Assembly: GCA_048013815.1 (NCBI GenBank)
Contig: CM106586.1
Location: 9,424,001-9,488,000 of the forward strand
From: Setoptus koraiensis
Taxonomy: Eukaryota > Animalia > Arthropoda
Direction: 5' to 3'
Length of the DNA: 64,000 bases
This document shows positions 37,615-50,413 of the stretch, one piece after another. Position 1 is the first letter of the stretch; the number at the start of each line of letters is the position of its first letter. The position numbers and the translations under genes are program-made. The notes under the pieces were generated by a model. That model searched no databases and was not told where the DNA came from. It was given only the letters and a program-made list of their open reading frames with translations.

Positions 37615-37892
37615 ATTGGCCCCATTGGCTTCATTGGCTCCATTGGCTCTATTGGCTGCACGCGTTACGTAACAGTTAGGTGGCAGTTACGTGATAGTTG
37701 CTGTTGCGTAACTGTTACGCGTTGCTGCTACTACGTAACTGGTAAGTGACTGTTACGTAACTGTGGTGTGATTGTGAGGGCGAGCGGCGAGCGGCAAAAG
37801 GTAGCCCACCCCCTTATGAGCAGCGTCAGCTGTTATGCTGAGCTGTGTCAGTTGGTGTTGTGATACAACAGTAGCAGTTATAGTTACGTAAC
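37615..37892. promoter_or_regulatory. Candidate enhancer: five ATTGGC (reverse CCAAT) at 9-nt spacing followed by a cluster of PAR-bZIP-type GTTACGTAAC palindromes
   Basis: ATTGGC at 37615, 37624, 37633, 37642 and 37651. Perfect GTTACGTAAC at 37664, 37752 and 37883. Near matches at 37686, 37703 and 37730. Function is inferred. Confidence 0.4.
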
Positions 37893-38279
37893 TACATAAT
37901 AGCGTTATAATAGGCTTGCTGGCGCTGGCGTTGCTGCTGGTGCTGGCGCTGGCGTTGCCAGTTGGACAGACGGCCGCAAACGGCACACAATGGAACGAAT
38001 GACACACACTATTGGATGATACAGTTATGTAGCCATTATATAATAGCCACGACATAATACGCACACATATAAATACATATGAGAGTGCACACAATGAACA
38101 ACGATGAAAATGATTACGTCACTTCATTCTTGACAATCCATCACGTTCTTGACGTGATGACATTGTTGTGTGCGCACTGCCCTATAACGCGCCTTATAAG
38201 TTACAACATAGCGTTATATAACGCGCTTATTATTATATATTATATAATGCTGTTGTATAGTGTGCAATATAAAGGTTGA

Positions 38280-38365
38280 GTGTTGTTGTTGTTGTCGTTG
38301 TTGTTGCTGCTGTTGTTGCTGCTGTTGTTGTTGTTGCTGCTGTTGTTGCTGCTGTTGTTGTTGTA
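38280..38365. repeat. (TGY)n trinucleotide tract (CAA/CAG on the minus strand)
   Basis: Read directly from the sequence; not part of any supported ORF. Confidence 0.92.
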
Positions 38366-41300
38366 GTGGGCCCAAGGTGGCTCGATTGTTTGTGTTGTTG
38401 TCGGCGGGCAAAGAGCGAGCCGAGACGCTCACTTTTGTTGCGCCTCAAATAACTAGTTGGCACTAGTGGGGACGTCGAGCAGACAGATAGACAGAGAGGC
38501 CCAGTTAAATGGCGATCAATCAAGCGAACAGTTATAAATCTATTAGTTGATAATACAATATATCGCCGTTGTCGCCGTTGTTGTTGCTAGCAGCCAGTGT
38601 GTCGTTGTTTCTCTCTTGTTGATATTATATAACTGTCATTATATAACTTGTTTGCACGTTGTTACGCAACCTTGGCCAACCTATTTGGCGGCCCTATTTG
38701 GGCCTATAAACGCTGGCTAAACGCTAAATAGTTACAGTTATTTGCAGCGAGCTAGTTGCCAGCAGCTAATAGCTGGCTCTGTTAGTAGCGACTTAATTGG
38801 CTCGCCGATTGCTCGCCATTGCCCATCGCTCGCCATTGCCTATTGCTCGCTCCACCGAGATATAATAGCAGCAGCAACAACAATAACCGCTCGCCCTATT
38901 ATGTAACACCCTTCTATGTGTATTATGTAACGCACAGCTCACTGCATCCTCGGCCGCGCCGTTGCCACTGCGCCCCGCCGAGCCCCATTGGGCCCCATCG
39001 GGCTCCATTTGGCTCCATTTGGCTCCATTTGGCTCTATTTGACTTTATTTGGGGCGCCATTAAGCGCGCATTATTTAGTATTAGTTGTTGTTGCGCAACT
39101 GATTGCCACTGAATTGATTATTAGCTTCACGCCAACTAATGATGTCAATTCAATTCACACACGCACACGCACACATACTGGCACACACACACGCACACCG
39201 TCGTCGCAATAGGCACACTGTTCAACGGCGACTGTCGCGACGCCACCGCTCAACAGCGACTGTCGGAGTCGTTATCACTTGAGTTTGGCACTTGCCGTTA
39301 TCTCCGCTAGTTGGCGAGCGGTTGCGATGCGACGTGTGATATATGGCACTCGGCGTGCTATATGGCAGCTTGTTGGCGTTTGTTTGTCTCTGGCTGGCTG
39401 GCTGGCTGGCCGGCCGTTTATAGGCTGCCTTTCGTGGCTCGGCTCATCACGGTTACAACTCAATTAATGTAAGCCCAACAGCGCACATTACGTAACACGC
39501 CAATCTAATCTAATCTCGAGCTTGGTCGCGCGCGCGCGCGCGCCAATTTCTGTTGACGCTCGCCAATTTCTGTGACGCTCGCCAATTTCTGTGACGCTGG
39601 GCGTCGTTGGTCGGCGCTGGGCCGAGGCACAAACGAGCCACAAACGAGCCACGAACGAGCGAATAATCATTATGTAATCATTGCGTGTGCCTCTTGTGTT
39701 GTTGTTGTTGTTGTTGTTTGTAGCAACAACAAGACAAGTTTGTCGCGCATATAAACAACACTGACAGCAGCGCCATTGTGGCCATTGTCAGACTCATCTG
39801 CCATTACATAATAACAGCGCACGCAACAATAATACGGCCAGCAGCAGCTTGTGGGCCTGTCAGTTGGCCAGTTGGCCAGTTTGCGAGCCAACGAGAGCCG
39901 CCGAGAGCCGCCGAGAGTGAGTGTGACGCACGCACAAGGAAGTATCAATGTCCGTTTGTTTGGCCATTGTTGTGCCCACTACAGTTATCGCGCTGTTACG
40001 CAATATCGCCAGCAATATCGCACCAGCTAATGCCGGCTAATAACAAACAACAGCTAATCAACTCGACGACTGACAGACGTCCGGTCGGCAGCCGCCGCCG
40101 CCGTCACTGTGAGCGGCGCCTAGCGGCCAGACTATACTGACAACTTGAGAGTACACATAATCACACTTACTGACGGCCGAATAGCGCCGCCTATATGAGC
40201 GGCCAGGCGTTAATTGTGACCGGCAGCCCGTCACAGTGTCACACACCGTGTTATGTAATGGCACGGTGACGCAATGGCGAAATGGCCCAACGCTCACAAT
40301 GTTGTCGGCCGCTGTCAGCCGGCTGCCAAATGAGTAAATTGACTCCCAACGAGCTAATAATGTGTGTGCTGAGGCCGATATAAACAACGGGCCGGCCGGC
40401 CAAACAAGCGGCCAAACGAGCGGCCAAACGAGCGCCATCGTGAGCCATCGTGAGCCATTTGTCCTATATTGGCGCTCGTTGAGCTCATTTGCGCTCGTTG
40501 GGCCCCCATTTGGGCCCATTTGAGCGCAAATGAGACTACAAACAATATCAGATTGGCCAAGCGGCCTCGATGCTCGCCGCTGCGCCGCCGATGGCAACTT
40601 AATGGCCTGTTATGTAACTACATGACCGTGATCATTAAACGATGATAATATAATCAGCTCATCGAGGCCGCTGTCATTTGGCATTAGCGGCCAGTTGTTG
40701 ATGGTCGCTCGGTTGCGCAACATGCCGTCGCAATCGTGCCTGCCCGGCTAATCCTCGAGCGGGCGCGCACTCCGACCGACCGCTGGCCGCCAACATGCGA
40801 CCGACCGCTGGCCGCCGGCATGCGACCGCCCGGTCGCCGCAGCGGCGATTCTCGGTTCGATCCAGCGATCGGTCGGTTTGATCCGGCGATTCTCAGAATT
40901 GCCGCGAATTCCGAGCGCAGCGCCGAGCGCAACGCCGAGAATCGCCGAGAACCACAACAGCGGCCCGGCCGCCGCGGCGATAATTAATCATGGCCGGCCC
41001 GCTCACTCGCCCGTTCGCCCGTTCGGCCAACTTTAAACAAGTCGTTCAAGTTGGTGTCGTCACTGATTAACCGACACACGGACCACACACTTTGTTGTTG
41101 TTGTTGTTTGTTTGTTTGGCCGCTCGCTTGCCAACTGGAGATTTGTGCCACATTGGCCGCATTGGCCCGGTCACAGGTGAGCCAACCAGGTAAGGTCGTC
41201 GTCGACAGCGAGCTGTCACAAGTGGGCTCACCTGAGCCTGCTGCGTATGAGAGTCGCTCAGTGAGTGCGCTTGTTGTCGGTTGTCGGTTGTCGACGGCTC

Positions 41301-44300
41301 GCTTCAAATTCAAATTCAAATTGTTACCAGATTTATCTGGCACAAGTCGCTGTCGCTGTTGATGCCATCATACTGTCATGATGAGCGGATTATCAAATGA
41401 TCGTCGTGATTGCATTAGCTGCAATTGCAAGCCCATTGAATGGCTCAAATCTGCTGATTGATTGTCAGTTGCGTTGTCGCTCAATCGGGGCACCAACCTA
41501 TTGCGTAATAACAGCGACAGCAGTTGCATGGCCGCACTGCATACCAATGGATTGCATAATCGCGTGAATCATGATCGAGCGCAATTGATCACACAATTGC
41601 ACATTGCTCAATACGAGCATACGAGATGCATAACAAGCGATATCCACTTGATATTCACTTGATTCACGCATATCTAATGCCATCAAACAAACCTCTCATT
41701 TACTGGATACTTTTCGTGCTTGTCAGATGCGCCATCATTGGCATGTGTGTTGGCCAATTGATGGCTCGCCACATTTAATAAGCCATAACATAATGTGATT
41801 ACATAATGTTATGGCTTATGATGTTTATGATGTAACGATGTAATGATGAATTGATGGAGTCATTGAAATTGACACAAGCGCTTTTAATTCGCCCCTTGCG
41901 AGTTGTTGGCGCCTCTTGGCGCCATCTGTGGTCCAGTTGCGCAAAAACAGGCAGCTCCAGTGTTGCAGCAAACAGAAACTCTCCGTAAGAGAGTCGTCGA
42001 GCGCCAGCTCGACCGCAGCGCACTCTATGTCACATGACCAACTCCTCGGGCGTATTCACGCACGGATATGGCCATATAACCACATTACATCATGTAACTT
42101 ACAAATGTAATTTACATGTGCTTGTATTGTGGTTGTGCGGCTGCCGGTGCGTTATATTCACGCGTGAATCTGCATCAAATGCCACGAAAATCACAAATCA
42201 CAAATACAAACCGCAAAATCACTGCCGCTGGTCGCTAGTTTAACATCGCCGGCCACCACTAATTAGTCAAAATGGCCGCTTGATTGGCTAATTATCATAG
42301 TCAGCTAGCCTGTCGTGAGCCGGCGGCGCCTTGGGCCGGGCCATTCGAGGGCCAGCGGCTTGTTTGTCGCCATTTTTTGTCGTTGTTTGTCGTTGTTTGT
42401 CGTTGTTTGTCGTTGTTGTTGGTCGTTGGCGATTTTGGCCGGTGCATCTAGTCGCTTCTGGTCGCTTCTGATCGCCTCTGATCGCTTTTGGGCTGCTTGC
42501 GTCGCGCTGCCAGCGCGGCCAAACTCGAACCAGTGCCCGTTAGCCGACTTTGACACTGTCAAAGTTTGACTGACAACTCAAACTTGCCGTTGACTTTGTT
42601 TATCGTGTGTTTATCGTTTGTTTATCGTCTGTTTATCGCGAGTCTGCACGCGTTTGCACGCGTTCGCACGGGTAGCGCACAAGCGCGACAGTAGCGCCGC
42701 CGGAGCCCGAGCAGCGTGAGCTTTGATTCAATTTCGAGCGTGTCTTGGCGTGGGCAGCCAGCGACAACGGGTCGACCGCAGCGGGCGACAGCGGCCACGA
42801 GCAACAGTGGCAACAAGCGACAACAACGGCGACAACAACGACGACGACAACAACGGCGACAACAACAACGACGACGACGCTAAACGAAACCAAATGGCCC
42901 CAGCGCCACGGCCGCTGACGGCGGGCAACCGACGGCGGGCGACTGGTCGCAGGCGGCCATACATCATCGTTTGCGGTTGTTGCGGTTTGGAGCGTTTTCA
43001 ACAACAGCGTGTTGTTTACACGGACACCACAATCTCATTAACTGGCCACTCATGGCATTCATTACTGCACAGCAGCCGCTTTGACGGCTCGGCGGTGTCG
43101 CCGATGTTGTTGTCGTTGTTGTTAATGTTGTTGTTGTTGTCGGTGTTGTTGTTGTTGTTGTCGGTGTTGTTGTTGTTGTTGTCGGCTCACCTGGAATGTC
43201 GCTGCCCATGGGCGACATGGGTGCCAGTTTCAGAGTCCCAGAGTGGCCATTACAGATTGCGACATTGGCCGGGTATCAAGTACACTCATGTTGACGAGTG
43301 GGCGCATGATTTATGGGTCGCATGATTCGCGTAGCGATTGCCATTAGTCGCGACTCACTCACTGGGGCCCAACTCGATCGTGCTGGCCGCTCGCCGGTTA
43401 CGCTCAAATTGCGACTCGCAACACGAGTATCGCTCAAACCACTTGGGCAAACTCGGCCAAACAATTGCCACGCCGATCATTAGATCGGTATCAAGAGTCC
43501 ATTATGTTGTTATGGCCTCTTGTCGTAATCTAATTTCGGCTATTCTCGCTCACAAATCATCGTTTGCGAACGAATCTCCAGCAGCAGCGAACGGGCATAA
43601 TAATAATAATAATAATGATAATGCAAGCATGATAATAATTTTCTAATAACGTGCGCAATGATGCCGCTAAATCGCTCGCATCATTATGATCACGGCCATC
43701 GGTGTGATGGTTGTGTGACCCCCGACGACAGTGTCGGCTCGGCCCGTTTTAAACTGTCACCCTGTCGGGCTCAGGCTGATCACAGCCCGCGATGATGTCA
43801 TGCACCCCGACCATGATTCCAATTTCGGTTTTAATTCAAATCGCAACAACAACACCGACAACAATTCGCGCCGGCCATTCGAAACAATTCGCTATTCGCT
43901 ATTCGCAAGCCGCAATCGCAAGCCGCTATCAACCGACAACAATGGCTCAACTGCAAAAAAGAGAATAGTGATAATGTTCAGTTGTTGTTGTCGTTGTTGT
44001 TGCGCCAACATTACAAACCATTACATGTGTGAGTTGGTGTGTATTATCCGACAAACGAAATTCATTTCGTTTTCAAAGCGTTCGGCGCCTCTGCCGAGTC
44101 GCTTGCATCGGGCAAATTGTAATTTACTAAAAGTTTACATGCCTCGTTTCCTATCTATCGTTTGACCACTATTATATTTTTATACTCCAGTTAACTCCGC
44201 TGCCCGGCAGCCATTGTAAAGCCATTGCGGGCTGCCAGTCAACGGGCGCCCAGCCAGCCGATTATGGTAATGGTGAATAGGAATAATAATAACAACAATT

Positions 44301-45499
44301 TTTTCCGCTTCTCGATTAATATTCATGTCATTGTTTGAGTTGTCACAACATATTTTGCTTCAACGCTTTTGTGTTGCCACTGTCGCTGTTGCGGTAGCCA
44401 CTTACTTTTCTTCTCATCTCCCTCTCTCTCTCTCTCTCTCCATGACCCTACATGTAACCGCTGTCATTGTTGTTATTGTCGCCCTTGTTGTTACCGTTGT
44501 TGTCGCTGCTGCTGTTGCTGTTGCTGTTGTTGTCGCTGTTGCTGCTGTTGTTGTTGTGCCGCTAATACACAAATGATGATGCTAACGACGCTGCTGGTGG
44601 AGGGCGACAAAAGTCAAAACAACCGCAACAACAACAATAGGAGATTATTTTAACAAAGCAATTGGTGCACGCTCAATGATATCGATTGCAATCTATTGAT
44701 ATCACTACTGACAAGCACTTTTGCAATTGTTCCAATTGCTTATTCGTTGCTCGAATCACACCGCCGAACACCACTGTTCAACAATCATCATTAAATGGGG
44801 CTCCCGCCGCAATAATAACCACAATAATAATGATTGTGGTAACCCACAAATACTCTCCAACTGTTTGTCGTGTCGACCCGTTTCACTCTTGACTCTCACA
44901 ACTTCACTTGTCAGTTGAAAAATGTGAATATAATCTCGCATTGCATTTGCATGTTCACCAGGTAGATTCAAAGACAAAATGGCCAACAGCATTTAATTAT
45001 CATGCTCTTTGTGTGTGCCCATCCATTTAATGGCCCACTCTGATTGGAATAATCTTTGATCAGCTGGGTGAATCACAAATCTACTGACTCAGAACGAGGC
45101 CAATGTGCCCACTTGCAAGATCCTTAGACAGCCGTCAAAAGATCGATAAGAATAATAAAAAATAGGCCTAAGTCTGCGGGAAGAATGTGGCCCCCCGTTA
45201 AGTAATGATATGATGACTCGTAATAGTAAAGCAACGGGATTGGGTTTTATGGTGAGTTTTATTAGCGAGTATATTAGTTTGGCAGTCCAACTAAGGATCG
45301 AAATGGCACCGGGACAGTTACTCTGCATATGATTCTCTGCAATGCTAATTAATATCATTGTTTAAAATAATATAATAAAAAAAAACTTCAACCAGAAAGG
45401 GTTAGAAGATCAAATAGGAGAGATCATTAGAGGAGAGTAGCCGACGATAAGAGGTGTGAGTGTCACCATTTCTTGAAGACTTGACGCGCTCCATCACAT

Positions 45500-47341
45500 C
45501 TATACCGCAATCGGCTCAGTTTCTCTAACAAGCCATTCTTTCACGTCTAGCTTGCCGGTAGACTCTAAATATTGCCCTATTTTGGCGCGAACTGTCGCAT
45601 GATAATTGTTTAGCCACTGAATCTCTTCTTTGGTCATTAGAGCAACATCAATCATTTTCTTTTGAATTGGCGCTAAAGTGATAGTTTCAAATTCTAAATA
45701 ACCTCGATTTTTGAAATTGTGTGGAGGGTTGGACTTTCTAAGAACGACTAGATTCTCAATTCTAATACCAAACTGACCATCTTCATAATAACCAGGCTCA
45801 TTCGATATAATCATGCCCTCCTGGAGCCCCGGATCATCAGCATAACCATAGAAACTGATACCTGAAGGGCCTTCGTGAACATTCAGGTACATACCGACAC
45901 CATGACCCGTGCCATGTAAATAGTCGAGACCCTGCTTCCAAAGTGCCAGTCGGGCAATTGTATCCAATTGATTTCCTTTGGTTAGACGCGGAAAAACGGT
46001 TAAGGCTAATTGTATGTGACCTTTGAGTACACGGGTGAAACATTCGCGCTCATACTGCTTTGGCTGACCCAAATGAATTGTTCTGGTTACGTCTGTTGTT
46101 CCATCTAGATACTGAGCGCCAGAATCAACAAGGTAAATCTCGTCTGTGGTAACGTCCCTGTTGGTCTCTGGAGTTGGCAAATAGTGTATTATGGCGCCGT
46201 TCTTTCCAGCTGACGATATAGTGGGAAAGCTGAGACCCATGTATTTGGGTTGCTGTTGTCGACATTTCTCTAAATAGTCGGCAGCAGTTATTTCAGTTAG
46301 GCCTGATTGTTTCTCTAACCAGGCCAGGTACTCACAGAGGGCAGCTCCGTCTCTGACATGGCAATTGGCCATATTTTGCAGTTCGGTCTCGTTCTTGATG
46401 GACTTTTTCACTGTTACAGGACTGAGTGATACATGTGCTTGAGCCTCAGGTACGCTACTCAAAATGGCATGTGATGATTTGTTGCTCAACCAAATTTTGG
46501 CCTTGAGTTTGTTTTTTAAATTGGCCTCTATGAAGGTGAACACGCTATCGTAAGGCTCTATCTTGACAGATAATGATTCAGGTGTCTGCTGTGTTGCGTT
46601 TAGAAATGACAGACAAGTTTGAGAGAGTTTTTTCTCGTCGACAAACAAATAAATGGCATCTAATGTCACTATGGCATAGGCAAAAAATACCGGGTTATAC
46701 TTGATGTCGGTGCCTCTCAAGTTGAATAAGTATGCGATATCGTCTAGAGCTGTCAAAACAATTGCCTCGCATTTGTGCTTCTGAAGTTCAGCCCTGAGCC
46801 ATTTGATTTTATCCTGCCACGATTCACCGACAATGTCCGTTGTCAAATGGGTCAGCTGGTTGGCCGGTTTAGCGGGCCTGTCGGCGGCCCAGACAATGTC
46901 AACCAGATTGTCCTTGACAGCAACTAAATTGTTGTTGCTGGCGCGTAGATTCTTCGACATGGCTAGCCATGACTCCTCCGACAACAGAGTGGGGTCGACA
47001 CCAATCTGTCCGCCGCCCTGCTGTAGTTCTTGGTTGAGCCATTCCGATTGTGTGGGTGTGTTGGCCAGGCCATCCTTCATCACTGTCCAATGTTGTAAAT
47101 CTACCTGCTTGTCCGCCTGAAGATGATATCTGCCGTCCGTCCATAGGGCAGCCTTGTCTTTAGTGACAATGGCCGTTCCGGCGCTTCCGGTGAATTTGCT
47201 TATAAACGCTCTTCTGCTGTCACAATCGGCTATATATTCACTCTGATGTGCGTCGCCTGGCGGAATGATGTAGGCATCCAATTTATAATTGGCACTGGCC
47301 ATCAAGGCTCTCAGCTGTTTGAGTAGATTGGCAGCGGCCAT
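45500..47341 (-). CDS. XPNPEP1: Xaa-Pro aminopeptidase 1 (cytosolic aminopeptidase P, M24B); intronless, 613 aa
   Basis: LDAYIIPPGDAHQSEY, RRAFISKFTGSAG, LWTDGRY and LFNLRGTDIKYNPVFFAY. Metal-ligand motifs: LVDSGAQYLDGTTDVTRT, DYLHGTGHGVG...VHEGP and SNEPGYYEDGQFGIRIEN. C-terminus WLVRETEPI. Confidence 0.97.
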   Translation of the reverse strand: MAAANLLKQLRALMASANYKLDAYIIPPGDAHQSEYIADCDSRRAFISKFTGSAGTAIVTKDKAALWTDGRYHLQADKQVDLQHWTVMKDGLANTPTQSEWLNQELQQGGGQIGVDPTLLSEESWLAMSKNLRASNNNLVAVKDNLVDIVWAADRPAKPANQLTHLTTDIVGESWQDKIKWLRAELQKHKCEAIVLTALDDIAYLFNLRGTDIKYNPVFFAYAIVTLDAIYLFVDEKKLSQTCLSFLNATQQTPESLSVKIEPYDSVFTFIEANLKNKLKAKIWLSNKSSHAILSSVPEAQAHVSLSPVTVKKSIKNETELQNMANCHVRDGAALCEYLAWLEKQSGLTEITAADYLEKCRQQQPKYMGLSFPTISSAGKNGAIIHYLPTPETNRDVTTDEIYLVDSGAQYLDGTTDVTRTIHLGQPKQYERECFTRVLKGHIQLALTVFPRLTKGNQLDTIARLALWKQGLDYLHGTGHGVGMYLNVHEGPSGISFYGYADDPGLQEGMIISNEPGYYEDGQFGIRIENLVVLRKSNPPHNFKNRGYLEFETITLAPIQKKMIDVALMTKEEIQWLNNYHATVRAKIGQYLESTGKLDVKEWLVRETEPIAV

Positions 47342-48576
47342 TCTCTATATTGACTTATTCTGGCTATCTAATTTCACTAGATTGAAGGAACTGGTAGTTA
47401 GACTAGTTAGTTATTAGGGACTAGATTTTTATATTTTATATAATCGTACCGATTATGTCACTAAACTTGACTACTTAAGTAATTGAGCTGAACTTGAGTG
47501 ATTAAGCTGAAATATAATGTAATAGAGATTTGACTTGAGATGTACACCCGCTTTAGTAAATATTTGGACGGTTTTGCGAGTCTGTGTGCGCAGAAGGAGA
47601 GCGCCAAATTTGAAGGCGCAAAAAGTGTCGCGCTATTAGTGATTTGGCGCTCATGTGTCAGTTCTGCGCATACGGGGGTCGCATCAGTTTTTCCCACCGT
47701 CCAAATATCTACGCGCTCAAGTTCACGCTGGCCCAAAACAACTGGGCCACATTTACAGGCGGCCATGCGCCGTTGCCGGCTGTTCTCGGCGCCACGACAT
47801 TTTACACAGACAATAATGACCAATACATGAACAATTTTTGGGAAAAGGGGCCGAGTTACGTAACAAGTCCTTGTTATCACCACCCAGACGAGTCAATTGT
47901 GGGCATGCGCCATCAACAATAGACAAATGATAACTACATAAGAAATATATAAGAAAAAAGAAAAAAATTATATAATATATTATATTTATATTGTCGCTAC
48001 AAGCGTGCAGGCTTCTTGCCATTCGTTGGCACCACACCGATGAGGGGCGACCTGTGCCGCGCACGAGCACACACTCTGTGCCGCAGAGCGTACTCTAGAC
48101 CGGCTATAGAGGCTTTAAAGGGTTGCAATTTGATGCACGCTGCAGCCCAGTCAACAGTGTGCGGCGGCACGTTTTGTGCTGCGGGCAGACGATACTCAGC
48201 AGGGCTGCAACAGGCGCACTGAAACACCCTGTACCAGTCGGGACAAGAGATGGCATGCCATATGTTGTTATTATTATTATCTTTTATAGTTGTGCTTTAT
48301 TCGTTTATCATCATTTCATTTGATTAATTAAGTACTTTTAATCAAATTAATCATATTTGTCATAGTTTGTCTATTAGTATCGCTATACTACCACTAACAA
48401 TCAACAGACAGGCGCCCAATTCACAAAATATGACAATAATTTATTTCTTGTTCTCTCGATGATGTTGATATACTGTCTATTTAGTAAGCTAGTGAAAACT
48501 ATGAGCTAGTAGTAGTAGATTACAGTACTTGTGTGTGTCTTTGTCACTTTTTCAAGATCACCAATATGTACCTAAA

Positions 48577-50413
48577 TTAGTCATTATTATCTTGGTTGCT
48601 GTCAATCAATTTAATCTTTTTTCTCTGCTGTTGGTGCTGCTGCTGCTGATGACGTTGTTGTAGTTGTGGTTGTTGCTGCTGTCGACGATCTATGGCATCG
48701 TCCAACAATTGATCCGTGAGCGTCGGTGGCGGCGGTTGCACGGATCCCGAGGATGTGTCACTTTTGGTATCATCGTGATTGTTTTGCTCCACCTTGGCGG
48801 CCAAATCGTTGATATTGTCGTTTATGTTGTTGTCATCATCATCATCATTTTGGATGCCATCATCGTCAATGTCGCCATTGTCGTCTTGCTCCTTCTCTCC
48901 GCCACCGTCATCATCACAATCATCATCGCAATCATCGCAATCATCGTCGTCTTCGTCGTCGCCGTCGTCGTCGTTGTCGTTGTCGTCGTCGTCGTCGTCA
49001 CCGCTGACAACATCATCATTATCTTTCTTTTTAAGTCGTTGTTGTGCTTTATTCTTGTTGCTACCAATGAACGTTTTCGCTTGATGTTGTTGCTGTTGTT
49101 CGTCTTTTGTGCAAAGAGCTATCGATGAATTGTTTCCACTACTGCTACCACTAATTGTGGGCGTAGGTGTAGGTGTCGGTGTTATACCGTTCAACAATAT
49201 GAGCAACATGGCTAATTGAACCTGCAGACTATCTTGTAGTTGTTGCTGGTTGTTGTTGGCTTGGTTGTGATTGGCACTTGTTGATGAGTGAGTGTTGCTT
49301 AGCAGACAATTGCTTTGCTGCTGTTGCTGCTGCTGTTGCTGTTGATACCTGAGCGTATCGGACAATTGATTTAGGAATAGGCTTCCAGAAGAATTAGAAG
49401 CGGATTGGTTGTTGGCTTGTGATTGTTGCTGCTGCTGCTGTTGTTGGTGCACGTTGTGGCTATGCGGATTGTGGTGTGGCGTCGTGGTAGTGGTGGTTGG
49501 CGTTGTTATCGGCGGCGGGGGCGACAACGACAGCGCCAGCCGGCCCGAATGATGCTGATGCTGCTGTTTGTGATGGAGGTGTAACCCGGACGAAGAGGAC
49601 GAACCGGTGCCACCAATCAGCTGCTGCTGATACCTGAGCGTATCGGACAATTGAGTTAGGAATAGTCTTCCGCCGGAGGAATTGGAATTAGAAGAGTTAG
49701 CGTGTAGTGTTTGGCTGTGGCTCTGGAGCAGGGGCGACGCGGACAATTGTCGAGAGCCGGCATGTTGCTGTTGTTGCTGTTGTTGGTTGGCCACTGACGA
49801 AGAAGAATTGTGCGACGACGACCCGGAACTGGCCTGATTATTATAATTGCCGTGTTGCTGATTATAATGATGCTGATTATTGGCGGCGGCAGCGTTGGCG
49901 AATTGTTGCAGTAAATTGTGATGATAAGACGAGCTGGCCGGCGAGCCGGCCGATTGCACAGATTGCGACAATTGCGACAGCGACGACGACTGACACGACG
50001 ACAGGAAGTGGTCAGCGGCCGACACGAGCGCACTCGATGTCTGGTGATGTTTCTGCTGCTGTTGCTGCTGCTGCTGATGATTCGGGTGGTGAGTTTGCGG
50101 GCCGCCCGCGGCCCCAAACGCCTGATGATGATTGTGACCGGAAGCGGCGGCTATGGCGGCGGCTGCCGCCGCGGTTGCGGCGTGCCTGGCGGACAGAAAC
50201 GCGTTTGGCGACGCGGACGAATGCAGCCCGTGCAGTAGCTGGTGCTGCTGCAGTGTCTGGTGCAAATTGTGGTGATGATGGTGGTGCCCCAGTAGGGCAT
50301 GGTGGTGATGGGGCAAGGGGGTCTCGGGCGCGTGATTGTGTTTGTTGTTGGTTTTCTTGACGCGGTTGTCCACGGTCACCGCCCGGCCCGGACAATTGCG
50401 GTTCTTGCTGCAC
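48577..50413 (-). CDS. FLYWCH-type zinc-finger protein, exon 2; predicted total 649 aa with a His/Gln/Ser/Asn/Asp low-complexity tail
   Basis: CSKNRNCPGRAVTVDNRVKKTNNKHNHAP completes W-x-C-x5-C-x17-H-x-H. The frame stays open for 1837 nt through polyH, polyA, polyQ, a TPTP run, a polyD acidic block and a terminal RKKIK. The 3' third could contain an unrecognised intron. Confidence 0.78.

Noticed and set aside
39375-40089. Mad/Medea/Schnurri silencer element GRCGNC(N5)GTCT, known from Drosophila msh regulation
   Set aside because: By eye I found only one-mismatch versions (39375-39389; 40075-40089 reverse) and no perfect site in the desert. A formal scan is needed.
40855-40864. GGTTCGATCC B-box/T-loop, and a similar GGTTCGAATTC near 2251
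   Set aside because: No T-stem pairing, cloverleaf or A-box, so these are not tRNAs.
41850-42110. Short non-repetitive patch with protein-like frames on both strands
   Set aside because: The frames are interrupted by stops, have no start or splice support and no recognisable family. Too weak to call.
10200-45000. Numerous 60-240 aa ORFs in the track, and likewise at 51-64 kb
   Set aside because: They arise from stop-poor GC-rich and trinucleotide repeats, overlap in several frames, mostly use non-ATG starts and carry no domain motifs.
44990-45358. Minus-strand 89-aa ORF continuing past a TGA for about 32 codons (possible selenocysteine or readthrough)
   Set aside because: No selenoprotein motif or SECIS-like structure, and it lies in the probable XPNPEP1 3' flank.
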